The notes under the pieces: generated by a model
What the model saw: the letters and a program-made list of their open reading frames with translations, nothing else
Databases searched by the model: none
Told to the model about the DNA's origin: nothing
From: Myxococcota bacterium
GTDB lineage: Bacteria; Myxococcota_A; SURF-8
DNA length: 64,000 nucleotides
Assembly: GCA_963674735.2 (NCBI GenBank)
Contig: CAXXQS010000001.1
Span: forward strand, 256,001 to 320,000
Direction of reading: 5' to 3'
Made by a program: the position numbers and the translations under genes
Shown here: piece after piece, positions 20,717-29,780 of the stretch
How positions within the stretch are numbered: position 1 is the first letter of the stretch
Layout: each line of letters starts with the position of its first letter

Positions 20717-21253
20717 ATGAAAAATCTAAGACGGTTTTACATTGAAGGCGGCACATACTTCTTCACTGTCGTCACCAATAAACGCCGAAAATTACTGTGC
20801 AAACAGGAAACACGTCTTGCGTTGCGGACTGCCGTAAACGATGTCCGTTCAGCGCACCCGTTTAATGTCGTTGCATGGGTGTTGTTGCCGGACCATTTGC
20901 ATTGCATCTGGACCCTGCCATCGGATGACGCCGATTTTTCAATTCGCTGGAGCTTAATCAAACGAAGGGTTTCTTATCAATTGAGAGACATATTCGATAT
21001 TCGCTCGGATCGAACAGTGAAACAAGTGAGAAGACGTGAAGCCGGATTCTGGCAACACAGGTTTTGGGAACATGCAATAAAAGACGAAAATGATTTGATT
21101 CGTCATTTTGATTATATCCACTTTAATCCGGTGAAACATGGTTTAGTTGAAAACCCGACCGACTGGGAGTGGTCAACCTTCCACAAATACTTTCGAGTGG
21201 GATATTATAATGTAGCGAGAATGCCGGTAGATGAAGATATTGACGGAGAATGA
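20717..21253 (+). CDS. rayT: REP-associated tyrosine transposase (RAYT, TnpA-REP)
   Basis: GGTYFFTVVT, LPDHLHCIW (HuH), FWQHRFWEH and YIHFNPVKHGLV motifs; flanked by inverted GTAG-REPs; lower GC than neighbours. Confidence 0.93.
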   Translation: MKNLRRFYIEGGTYFFTVVTNKRRKLLCKQETRLALRTAVNDVRSAHPFNVVAWVLLPDHLHCIWTLPSDDADFSIRWSLIKRRVSYQLRDIFDIRSDRTVKQVRRREAGFWQHRFWEHAIKDENDLIRHFDYIHFNPVKHGLVENPTDWEWSTFHKYFRVGYYNVARMPVDEDIDGE

Positions 21254-21406
21254 CTCTTGTTTTTGTCGGACAGAAAATCTGTCCGACCTACCATAGCTTT
21301 CGAGTGGGATATTATAATGTAGCGAGAATGCCGGTAGATGAAGATATTGACGGAGAATGACTCTTGTTTTTGTCGGACAGAAAATCTGTCCGACCTACCA
21401 TAGCTT
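21190..21406 (+). repeat. 107-bp tandem duplication of the RAYT 3' end, giving two inverted family-1 REPs (21264-21291, 21371-21398)
   Basis: CTTTCGAGTGGG...GTCCGACCTACCATAGCTT is present twice with a 107-bp offset. Confidence 0.92.
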
Positions 21407-21460
21407 GCCCGTGTTCGAAGATCCTGAACATGGGCAAGCTGCGCTTCGTCCATGCCGCCC
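21403..21460 (-). repeat. Truncated REP-like doublet (family 2) related to the MITE interior
   Basis: Reverse complement GGGCGGCATGGACGAAGCGCAGCTTGCCCATG...CACGGGCAAGC resembles MITE-internal GGGGTGCCATGGGCCAAGCC...GCTTGCCCATG...CACGGGCAAAC. Confidence 0.6.
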
Positions 21461-21535
21461 ATCCAATATTCAACGATCAGGGCTTGTCACGGCCACTTTC
21501 GATGCGCCTGGCTTGAAGCTGCGAACGAATCCCGC

Positions 21536-21937
21536 TCAGCCTTCGAGAACGACCGTCTGAACTTCGATTTCGGGCGGGTTTTCGATGGTTTTTTTCACCA
21601 TGCACTGATTGGCGGCGCGCAGGACGGCGTCGCGATACTTCGCGGGGAAGTCCGGCGGCAACACGATATCGACTTCGATGGTGTCGACGTAGCCGGTCAT
21701 ATCCGGGATAACGCGTTCCTTGATTTTGATGTTTTCTACGGGAATATCGCGGCTCATACAGAATTTGGCCACGTAATAACCGGCGCAGGCTCCCACCGAA
21801 GCCAGGAAATATTGAAACGGATCGGGGGCGGTGTCGTCGCCGCCTTCTTCGGGCTTTTGGTCGGTTTTGATTTCGAATCCGGCGATGGTCGCGTTCACTT
21901 GCAGCCGTCCGGCGAGTTCCACATCGATTTCCAACAT
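21536..21937 (-). CDS. OsmC family protein
   Basis: GGDDTAPDPFQYFLASVGAC ... QCMVKKTI two-Cys OsmC/YcaO-associated pattern. Confidence 0.88.
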   Translation of the reverse strand: MLEIDVELAGRLQVNATIAGFEIKTDQKPEEGGDDTAPDPFQYFLASVGACAGYYVAKFCMSRDIPVENIKIKERVIPDMTGYVDTIEVDIVLPPDFPAKYRDAVLRAANQCMVKKTIENPPEIEVQTVVLEG

Positions 21938-22118
21938 AGGTATTCCTTTATGGCAGGCGTTGTTCGGGGTTGGTGCTCGTGCCGACGCCTCCACGGCACG
22001 TTGCATGTGACGCTCTCTATACTCTATTTCGGACGCTTTGTGAAGCGGCTTTAACAGCTTTTCAGGGGAGCGAGCGCTGAGAATGAAAGTGAGGCCAACC
22101 GACGGGTGATCGTTGTGA

Positions 22119-22291
22119 TACGGCATTTCAATTCTGATTGAGTCTCGAATGATGATGGGTGGCACGGGCGAAACCGACGGGTTTGCCCGTGAAAACAGCA
22201 TGGGCAAGCCAAAGGCTTGGCCCATGGCACCCCGTAAACCGAATTAGAGTTCGGTGGAAAACGGTGGAAAGCTTGGAATTGAAACGCTTTA
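22119..22291 (-). mobile_element. MITE copy 2
   Basis: Inverted copy; perfect 10-bp TSD ATCGTTGTGA at 22109-22118 and 22292-22301. Confidence 0.9.
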
Positions 22292-22420
22292 ATCGTTGTG
22301 AAGTTTATGTTGATTTTAGTAAAGTTTAGTGATATTATATTAAATGTTATATATTGAAATGACTCTTTCGCCCCACCGCTGCGGGACAAGCGTGACCGGC
22401 GGGGCGGGCAAACAAGGAGC

Positions 22421-22774
22421 ATGGCCATGTCACAACCCGAAACACAACCCAAGTCGGTGGTCGAGAGCTTTTTCGAGTCGAAGCCGGAATTGAAGGAATG
22501 GCGCGAGGTGCTGCAAGTGGATTTCAGCGACCTGGATGCCGGAGAGGATAACGTACGCAACCTGACCGGTATTTTGTGCGTGGTACTGGTGATGGTGGTG
22601 ATGGTGTTCGCCGGGACGGCCTGGTTCATTTCCGGTAACGTCAGCGAGCGCCGTCAGGCGGAACAGGAGAACCGGCGTTTCGACGCGGCCCTATCCGAAC
22701 ACCAGCCTGTGGCGGAAAGCGCAAATTGGTTGGCCGGGCTCGAAGCGCGCGCCGATACGCGCCAGGAGCGCTGA
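22421..22774 (+). CDS. Hypothetical single-pass membrane protein
   Basis: AAGGAG RBS; one TM segment (ILCVVLVMVVMVFAGTAWFI); AT-rich upstream region. Confidence 0.7.
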   Translation: MAMSQPETQPKSVVESFFESKPELKEWREVLQVDFSDLDAGEDNVRNLTGILCVVLVMVVMVFAGTAWFISGNVSERRQAEQENRRFDAALSEHQPVAESANWLAGLEARADTRQER

Positions 22775-22805
22775 CGATGATGACCTGGCTGATCTTTTTC
22801 GGGAT

Positions 22806-22898
22806 TTACTTCTTTTTCCGCAGAAACATGTAGAGAATCGCCACAAACATTCCCGCCATGATGATCTCGATCATATGGGTGCGCAACAGCGTCATCAT
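22806..22898 (-). CDS. 30-aa hydrophobic micro-protein MMTLLRTHMIEIIMAGMFVAILYMFLRKKK
   Basis: GGGAGA RBS 9 nt upstream; promoter TTGCCT(22960-65)-17 nt-TATAGT(22937-42); one TM helix plus basic tail; below the ORF-track cutoff. Confidence 0.6.
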   Translation of the reverse strand: MMTLLRTHMIEIIMAGMFVAILYMFLRKKK

Positions 22899-22976
22899 CG
22901 GTTTGAATCTCCCATCCTAAAGTGCCGTGAGCCGCCACTATAGCCCAAAGACTCGCGACAGGCAAGCGCCGTCAAC

Positions 22977-23157
22977 TAAGGCGTCAATTCTAAGCTTTTC
23001 AGCGTTTTCCACCCAGTATAATTCGGCCTACGGGGTGCCATGGGCCAAGCCTGTGGCTTGCCCATGCTGTTTTCACGGGCAAACCTGGCGGTTTCGCCCG
23101 TGCCACCCATCATGAATCGAAGATGATTCGAGACTCAATCAGAATTGAAATGCCCTA
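22977..23157 (+). mobile_element. MITE copy 3
   Basis: Perfect 10-bp TSD CGCCGTCAAC at 22967-22976 and 23158-23167; left TIR has a 2-bp deletion. Confidence 0.9.
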
Positions 23158-23162
23158 CGCCG

Positions 23163-23960
23163 TCAACGCCGCCCGCGCGCCTTTGTGAAAAAGTCGAAAG
23201 ACATCCGGATTTGCGACGGCGTGAGGTTGTGTCCGGCACCGTTTATGATTTCATGCTGCACGGAAATCCCGAGTGCGTCGGCGGCATCCGTAAATATTCG
23301 CGCCCATTTTTTGCGGCTTTCGGAATCCTTGCTGCCGACGGTGACGAGGAATTGCGTTTGCGTGAAGGTTTCGGGCGCGGTGTAACCCCCTGCCGCGTGG
23401 GAGGCGGACGCGACGCACGATGAGGGATATAAAAGGGCGAAGCGGTGGGCGAATTGAGCGCCGGCCGAGAATCCGAACACCATGATGTGGTCGCGGTCGA
23501 TCGGTTCGCTGGCTGCCAGCCGGTCGAGAATCGCGTGTAAGGCGCGGCCGGACCAGGCCTGCGGGAATTGGTAGCTCACCCGGTCGCGAAAATTCTGATG
23601 GCTGCTTTTAAAACTGGGGGCGACGATGATATAGCCATGTTCAGACGCGAAGCGAGTGTAGGGCGCTTTCATGAATCGACGGCCATCGGCGTTGAACCCC
23701 CCCAGCAAAACGAGCGTCCAGGGCCGGGCGTCGGCTTGCAGAGCGGGGCGATAGACGTGATAGGTGAGTTCAGATTGATGGGGGTTGCTCGTCTCGATGG
23801 TGTCGCTCCAGATTTTTTCCGCGAGCGTGTTTGTTTCGTGTCCGTTTGCATCGGATTTCGGCGCATCGACGGTCGAGCGGCTGTTATCGGTTGCGTAATG
23901 GAGCGCGGCGGCAAAGAGAAGCAGGAAGCAGATCCCCTTCAGGGTAGGACTCAATTTCAT
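23163..23960 (-). CDS. Secreted alpha/beta hydrolase (esterase/PHB-depolymerase-like)
   Basis: Nucleophile elbow GFSAG, VGSKD and GAGH; N-terminal signal/TM. Confidence 0.8.
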   Translation of the reverse strand: MKLSPTLKGICFLLLFAAALHYATDNSRSTVDAPKSDANGHETNTLAEKIWSDTIETSNPHQSELTYHVYRPALQADARPWTLVLLGGFNADGRRFMKAPYTRFASEHGYIIVAPSFKSSHQNFRDRVSYQFPQAWSGRALHAILDRLAASEPIDRDHIMVFGFSAGAQFAHRFALLYPSSCVASASHAAGGYTAPETFTQTQFLVTVGSKDSESRKKWARIFTDAADALGISVQHEIINGAGHNLTPSQIRMSFDFFTKARGRR

Positions 23961-24112
23961 TTCGACTCCCTTTTTGGTGTGAACCGACAACCCCTGTCAC
24001 ACGCAACAGCGGTATGAGTAAAACGATGCCCGGAATGAGCCGAATGATATCCTGTTCATGAAAAATAAGTCAAGAGGATCGTGAGGGTGGACGCCCGTTG
24101 CGTACTGAGCGC

Positions 24113-25012
24113 TCAGGATTCGTCGTGGTTTTTCAAAACGCCTTTGACGTACAGTTCCCCGGCGCGGTAGCTGCTGCGCACCAGCGGACCGGCCGCCACG
24201 TAATCGAAACCCAGCTCGCGTCCGAGTGCCTCCAGGCGCGCGAAGTCATCCGGACTGTAGTAGCGGTCCACCGCCAGGTGTTTCGGGGTGGGGCGTAAAT
24301 ACTGCCCCAGGGTGACGATATCCACTCCGACGGCTTTCAAATCTCGCAGCGACGCGACGATTTCATCGTCCGTCTCGCCCAGCCCCAGCATGAGAGACGA
24401 TTTGGTCAGGCGTGTGGGATCGAGTTGTTTGACCCGCCCGAGAAGGTCGAGCGAGCGGGCATAGGACGCGCGTCGGTCGCGGGTGAGCGGCGTCAGGCGT
24501 TCGACGCATTCGAGGTTGTGCGCCACCACGACCGGGCGTGCGTCGAGCAATGTTTGCAGGGCGGCTTCATCGCCGCCGAAATCCGGGATCAGCACTTCCA
24601 CGTGGGACGCGGGCAGCGCCGCGTGAATGGCGCGCACGGTGTCGGCGAAATGCCGCGCGCCGCCGTCGGGCAGATCGTCGCGATCCACCGAGGTGAGGAC
24701 GATGTAATCGAGTTCCAATTCGGCCACGCAGGCGGCCACGTGGCGCGGTTCGTCGGGATCGAGCACACCCTGGGGGTTGCCGGTCTTGACGGCGCAGAAA
24801 CGGCAGCCGCGAGTGCAGGTGTCGCCCATGATCATGATGGTGGCGGTGCCGCCGCCCCAGCATTCGGCCACGTTGGGGCAGTGGGCTTCTTCGCAAACGG
24901 TGTGCAGATCGAGTGTGTGCAGGCGCGATTTGACGAAGCGATAGCGTTCGCCGCCGGGGGGGCGGGACTTCAACCAGGCGGGTTTGGGAGCGCGGGGCGT
25001 ACGGATCGGCAC
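24113..25012 (-). CDS. lipA: Lipoyl synthase
   Basis: CEEAHCPNVAEC, CTRGCRFC and RSSY motifs. Confidence 0.97.
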   Translation of the reverse strand: MPIRTPRAPKPAWLKSRPPGGERYRFVKSRLHTLDLHTVCEEAHCPNVAECWGGGTATIMIMGDTCTRGCRFCAVKTGNPQGVLDPDEPRHVAACVAELELDYIVLTSVDRDDLPDGGARHFADTVRAIHAALPASHVEVLIPDFGGDEAALQTLLDARPVVVAHNLECVERLTPLTRDRRASYARSLDLLGRVKQLDPTRLTKSSLMLGLGETDDEIVASLRDLKAVGVDIVTLGQYLRPTPKHLAVDRYYSPDDFARLEALGRELGFDYVAAGPLVRSSYRAGELYVKGVLKNHDES

Positions 25013-25226
25013 GGGAACCTCCTGGGCGAATCGGTGGTCATCGAGGCAGTCCTAGCACGTCTCGCAGGTGGCGTCAATGCGTCTTCGGTTGTCGCGGCTG
25101 TCGGGGGGAGAAATCGTTTGGCTATCGCTTTCCAAGGCGTAGCACGTGGATGGGGTAGGCGAACCTCGACCCGTGGGAAACCTCACTGCAGGTAATGGGT
25201 GCAGCGGGAGAGCGCTTGAGGAGGAA

Positions 25227-25409
25227 TCAGAACTTCAATTCTTCGGGGGCGCCGTCTTTGTCGTACTTGGTGTCGAACGGATCGGCACAATGGGCGTACA
25301 ACTCGTCGTCCATCAGCTCTTCGAGGTTTTCGTAAAAACTTTTCACTCGCAGGTATTCCTCTTTTTCGAATTCGGCATAAGAAGAATATTTTTTCTTCGG
25401 ATTCGACAT
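25227..25409 (-). CDS. Small acidic hypothetical protein (60 aa)
   Basis: GGAGG RBS; MSNPKKKYSSYAEFEKEEY...; co-oriented directly after the RHH gene. Confidence 0.65.
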   Translation of the reverse strand: MSNPKKKYSSYAEFEKEEYLRVKSFYENLEELMDDELYAHCADPFDTKYDKDGAPEELKF

Positions 25410-25431
25410 GGCTTTCCCTCCCTGCTTTGGC

Positions 25432-25644
25432 CTATGCACCTACACGCCGAGTGCGGCGACGCTTGGTCGTCGCATAGGGCGTCCCCTCGAATTCTTTGCG
25501 ATATTTGGTCAATAAATCTTCCACGGCTTCCCGTAAATATTCACTTTGCGTGATGCGCGTATTGCGACTCAGTAGCTGCAGCATTTCCTTATGCCGACGG
25601 GGAATCACCACGTTGGTTGCCACGTTGTTCTGACGTTCTCGCAT
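25432..25644 (-). CDS. Ribbon-helix-helix DNA-binding protein
   Basis: Beta-strand ATNVVIP, helices EMLQLLSRNT and QSEYLREAVEDLLTKY; GGAGG RBS. Confidence 0.8.
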   Translation of the reverse strand: MRERQNNVATNVVIPRRHKEMLQLLSRNTRITQSEYLREAVEDLLTKYRKEFEGTPYATTKRRRTRRVGA

Positions 25645-26135
25645 AGCGCCTCCGGACACGACCGGTGTTACATACACCATTACACAATATATAGCATAAC
25701 ATGACATAGCAAGATGATGTTGTTGATACCACCACAAACATGTATGAATGTCAAGCTAAAAATGAATTGAATGGAAATAAGCTTAGTGTTTGAAATCATG
25801 GAGAAAAATGAGGGAAGCTTCGGCGGGCGGGCGGGATGGCGAACGGGCTTTAACGACACGCGGATCGACGGGATGAAATCGCGGGGAACGGAAACGGATT
25901 GGCTGGGCGAAGGCCCGAGTCATGCCGAAAACGGCCGCGAAATAAACGTATAATAAAAACTACAAACGGCGATTGAGCGGCTAATGGGGGCGAATCGACG
26001 AGCGGGCGTGGGTGGCCTTGTCTATTCGGTGCGAGCGAGGACGTGCGAGGCACGAAATGTCGGTCGGGCCGGGTTTATCTGTGGTTTTTCCGAGGCAGGA
26101 TGGTTATCGCGAAAATTGCGACGGCAGCCCGCCCG

Positions 26136-26849
26136 CTAAAGGTCGTCGGGTGATTTGGGCTTGTTCTTCCCCGTGCTGGACGAGGATTTCTCGACCTGGA
26201 TATGCTGGTTGAGGATGGAGCCTTCGGCTTGCGGGTAGTGGTCGGGTTCGAGTCCGCTGAAATGAACGACCCGTTCACCTTCGGCGCTGATGAGCCGCGA
26301 GGCCTGGCCGCGCTGGGCGATCAGGTGCACGAGCAGGCGCGTGTAGCCGATGTAGTAGCGGTCGTTCCAGTGGATCGGCAGCCAGATCCAGGACGTGAAC
26401 AGGGTAGGGAATTGCAGAAAGATATTCGCCGCCAGTGCGCCGCCGTTCAGACGTTCGCGCACGACTTTTTCCTTGGCCCCGGTGGAGGCGATGGAGATCG
26501 TACAGCGGTAATCGGCCTTACGTGGGTCATCGGTTTTGTGGAAGATTCGGATGCCGGAACGGGCCATCTTGCCTTTGACCTGTGTGGCGATGTAGTTGTT
26601 GAGTTGATTGTCGGTGTGGGGAAACACGCCGTTGATGTCGCAGATGGCCGAGGCTCCCGACAGGTCGTCGAAATCAAGCCGGTCGACGGCCTGGTCGATG
26701 GCGCGGGCCAGCACATCCTGTTGGGTGGCGGACTGCACGCCGCTGTAGGCGGTGACCAGCGGCAGGGCCGTCCGGTTGCTGCTGCAGGCGGTAAGCCAGA
26801 TGAAGATCAAAACCGGAATGACGAGACGCAGTGTGCTTTGGAGCATCAT
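26136..26849 (-). CDS. Hypothetical lipoprotein
   Basis: Lipobox LTAC. Confidence 0.7.
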   Translation of the reverse strand: MMLQSTLRLVIPVLIFIWLTACSSNRTALPLVTAYSGVQSATQQDVLARAIDQAVDRLDFDDLSGASAICDINGVFPHTDNQLNNYIATQVKGKMARSGIRIFHKTDDPRKADYRCTISIASTGAKEKVVRERLNGGALAANIFLQFPTLFTSWIWLPIHWNDRYYIGYTRLLVHLIAQRGQASRLISAEGERVVHFSGLEPDHYPQAEGSILNQHIQVEKSSSSTGKNKPKSPDDL

Positions 26850-27110
26850 CTTTTTCTCGTTTCTTGCTTGACGAAAGGTTTGTTTAACCTGGAAATCCTA
26901 TCCGAAGCGCCGTTCGGAGTCAAGTTCGCCTTTTCATCGAAAAATTAGGTTTTCAAATTCGAACGGGCGGAGTAAACTGAATCATATGGAACGAACAGAT
27001 GTTTGTGGCCGTGCCGAATGACTGGCCTGTGAAAACGAGGAGTGTCACGTTATCGTCCGGGGTGTGGCTGGAGTGCCGGGCCGGGGCATGAAGTTGGTAA
27101 GGAGTATGAG

Positions 27111-29780
27111 ATGTTGAAGTGGATGGTTTTCGTCGTTGTATGGGGAACGGTGGCCGTTGGTTGTATATCCTTGGGCACCGATACCGGCAACCTCGGGCAG
27201 CCTTGCAACATCGACGATGATTGCGGGGGCGAACTGGTCTGTATCGACAACGTTTGCAGCGAAATGCTGCTACCCGGTACCGGCGATTTGGATCTGGACT
27301 TCGGCCAAGGGGATGCCGACCCGGAGCTGTCGTCCGATGGCGATGCCGATGACCCGGAGGCGGAGCCTGATGCGGAAAGCGATGGCGACGAAAATGGAGC
27401 GGAGGCAGATGCCGATGATACCGACCCGGATGTGGATGGCGATGATGACGCCGACCTGGATGAGGATGTCGATATCGATGCAGATGCCGACAGCAGCGAC
27501 GTGGTCGAGGATAGCGATGAATTCGATGCGGAGGAGACCGAGCACGTCGAAGATATGGAAGTCGAAGATGAGGAAGGCGATAGCGCCGGAGTTCCGATCA
27601 TTCAGATCGACCCGTACGGGACACAAGCCGCTCCTATTTACTTCGAGGACATTCTGGTCTCCGAATGTTCGGAGGCGCTGACGCTAGAAATCACCAATAT
27701 CGGCGACGGTGTGCTGGAAATCGATAGCCTGGAGACTGTCTTTATCAGCATCGCCGGGGGGTATCTCATCGACAATCAAGAGCCGGAGCCCTTTGTCGGC
27801 CTGCGACCGATCAGTTTATTTCCCGACGATATCGCCAGTTTCGATGTCAGCTATTGCCCGCAACATCTGACCGTTTTGCAGAACATGATGCTGCGTATTT
27901 CATCCAATGACCCGCAAACGCCTCTGCTGGATGTTTATTTCAAAGGCACCGGGGTCGAGTGTGAGTGGGGGACGGTGGATCTGGATCCCGACGTTCCGGG
28001 CTGTGAGACGACGTGCTATCCCGATCCGGTTTACGAGATCTGCGATAACAAGGACAACGATTGCGACGGTGTCACCGACAATGGATTCGATATCGGCAAC
28101 GCCTGCGAGGGGACGGGTGAGTGTGGGGCGGGGACGCTCGAATGCCAGACGGACCTGCTGGCCGATTGCTCCACCAATCCCGGCGGCAGCGAGGATGAGA
28201 GCCGAACGGAAGTCTGCGACAATAAAGATAACGACTGTGACGGGTACACCGATGAAACGTTTGATGTCGGCGAGGCGTGCACGGGTTTGTTCGGCGTGTG
28301 CGCGCAAGTGGTGGGTGTGTATGAGTGTCTGAACGAAACCAGCTTGGTGTGCTCGGTCGATTACCAAGGCTCGGGTTTTGTCGGAAGCGTCGAGAGCTGC
28401 AACACACTCGACGACGATTGCGACGGCACCATCGACAACGGCACCTATAATTTGTGGCAGGCAGGCTTGGTGCCCGGAGAGACGCCCGACACCTGTACGA
28501 ATTGCATCGATGAGCCCTGCCTGTCAGACGGTGTATGTGGTGAGCAGGTTGGGTTCTGGGAATGTCTGAGTGCGGCGGCTCACCCGGAGATTGCCGAGCC
28601 GGAATCCTGGCTGCAATGTTCCACCGATTTGGGTGGCAGCGAAGAATTGGCGACGGAGGAGGTTTGCGACAACCTGGACAACGATTGCGACGGCCTGACC
28701 GACGAAGGCTTTTTCGAGCTGAATTCGGAGGGTGAACCCATTCACGCCCCGTGCGACGGCATCGGCTGGTGCGAATGGGGCAACCTGATTTGCCGTCCCG
28801 ACAAAACTGGTTCGGATTGCTCGACCAACCCCGGTATGCCCGACTACGATTACCGGGTGGAACTGTGCGATAACCAGGACAACGACTGCGACGGTCTGAC
28901 CGACGAAGAATGGCCCGAGCTGGGCGATGATTGCGTAATCGGCACCCCGAATTGCTGTGGAATTGTGGAATGTTCGCAGGATGGTTCGGGAACGGTTTGC
29001 GGGATCGTGCCGGATCCGTTTACGCCGGAACTGTGCGATAACCAGGATAATAATTGCAATGGAGAAACCGATGAAAATTTCGATATCGGATATATGTGCA
29101 TCGGGATCGGCGAATGCGGGATCGGCGTGATCGAATGCGTGTCCACCACCAGCGCGACTTGTTCGACCAACCCGGGTGCGTCGGAGGATGAGAGCCAGCC
29201 GGAAGTTTGCGATAACCGAGATAACGACTGCGACAGCCAAATCGACGAGGACTTCAGTGTCGGGGATCTTTGCGAAGGTATCGGCGAATGCGGGTGGGGA
29301 GTTCTCGAATGCGCAACGCCGACAACGTCACGTTGTTCGACGGACTTGGGTGGCTCTCAATACGCGGGCCGATCGGAGCTGTGCGATAGTCTGGACAACA
29401 ATTGTGATGGAGAAACGGACGAGAACTGGCCGCAGCTGGGCCAGAGCTGCGAGAACCCGTATTCGGGTTGCGGCGGGAGCGGGGTGTGGCGCTGCACGCC
29501 CGATGAGACGGGCATTTATTGCGATTGGACGCCCGATCCCGATGCGGATGAAATCTGCGATAACCTGGATAACGACTGCGACGGCGTGACCGACGAAGAT
29601 TTCGGGGTGGGTCTGCCATGCGACGGTGTGGGCGAATGCGGGATCGGAGTACGCGAGTGTGCCAGTGAAATGACCGCGCGTTGTTCGACCGAAGCCGGAG
29701 GCAGCCAGGACCAAAGCGAGACTGAGATCCCGGATGGCCTGGACAACGACTGTGACGGGCAAATCGACGAAGCTATCTAG
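27111..29780 (+). CDS. Cys-rich lipoprotein with acidic linker, Ig-like domain and about ten CDxxDNDCDG (MopE-related/metal-binding) repeats
   Basis: AVGC lipobox; repeated EvCDnxDNDCDGxtDE units; AAGGAG RBS. Confidence 0.88.
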   Translation: MLKWMVFVVVWGTVAVGCISLGTDTGNLGQPCNIDDDCGGELVCIDNVCSEMLLPGTGDLDLDFGQGDADPELSSDGDADDPEAEPDAESDGDENGAEADADDTDPDVDGDDDADLDEDVDIDADADSSDVVEDSDEFDAEETEHVEDMEVEDEEGDSAGVPIIQIDPYGTQAAPIYFEDILVSECSEALTLEITNIGDGVLEIDSLETVFISIAGGYLIDNQEPEPFVGLRPISLFPDDIASFDVSYCPQHLTVLQNMMLRISSNDPQTPLLDVYFKGTGVECEWGTVDLDPDVPGCETTCYPDPVYEICDNKDNDCDGVTDNGFDIGNACEGTGECGAGTLECQTDLLADCSTNPGGSEDESRTEVCDNKDNDCDGYTDETFDVGEACTGLFGVCAQVVGVYECLNETSLVCSVDYQGSGFVGSVESCNTLDDDCDGTIDNGTYNLWQAGLVPGETPDTCTNCIDEPCLSDGVCGEQVGFWECLSAAAHPEIAEPESWLQCSTDLGGSEELATEEVCDNLDNDCDGLTDEGFFELNSEGEPIHAPCDGIGWCEWGNLICRPDKTGSDCSTNPGMPDYDYRVELCDNQDNDCDGLTDEEWPELGDDCVIGTPNCCGIVECSQDGSGTVCGIVPDPFTPELCDNQDNNCNGETDENFDIGYMCIGIGECGIGVIECVSTTSATCSTNPGASEDESQPEVCDNRDNDCDSQIDEDFSVGDLCEGIGECGWGVLECATPTTSRCSTDLGGSQYAGRSELCDSLDNNCDGETDENWPQLGQSCENPYSGCGGSGVWRCTPDETGIYCDWTPDPDADEICDNLDNDCDGVTDEDFGVGLPCDGVGECGIGVRECASEMTARCSTEAGGSQDQSETEIPDGLDNDCDGQIDEAI

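Noticed and set aside
20646-21398. RAYT-flanking REPs as targets of the IS110
   Set aside because: Their left-target sequence (GTCCGAC-CT) does not match the CCCATC-CT guide
21536-22225. 229-aa ORF version of osmC and other ORFs containing GQAFGLPMLFSRAN / PWAKPLACPCCFHGQT
   Set aside because: These peptides are translations of the MITE and recur at every copy; the OsmC homology begins at 21937
22119-23157. Composite transposon formed by inverted MITE copies 2 and 3
   Set aside because: Each copy has its own perfect and different 10-bp TSD, indicating independent insertions
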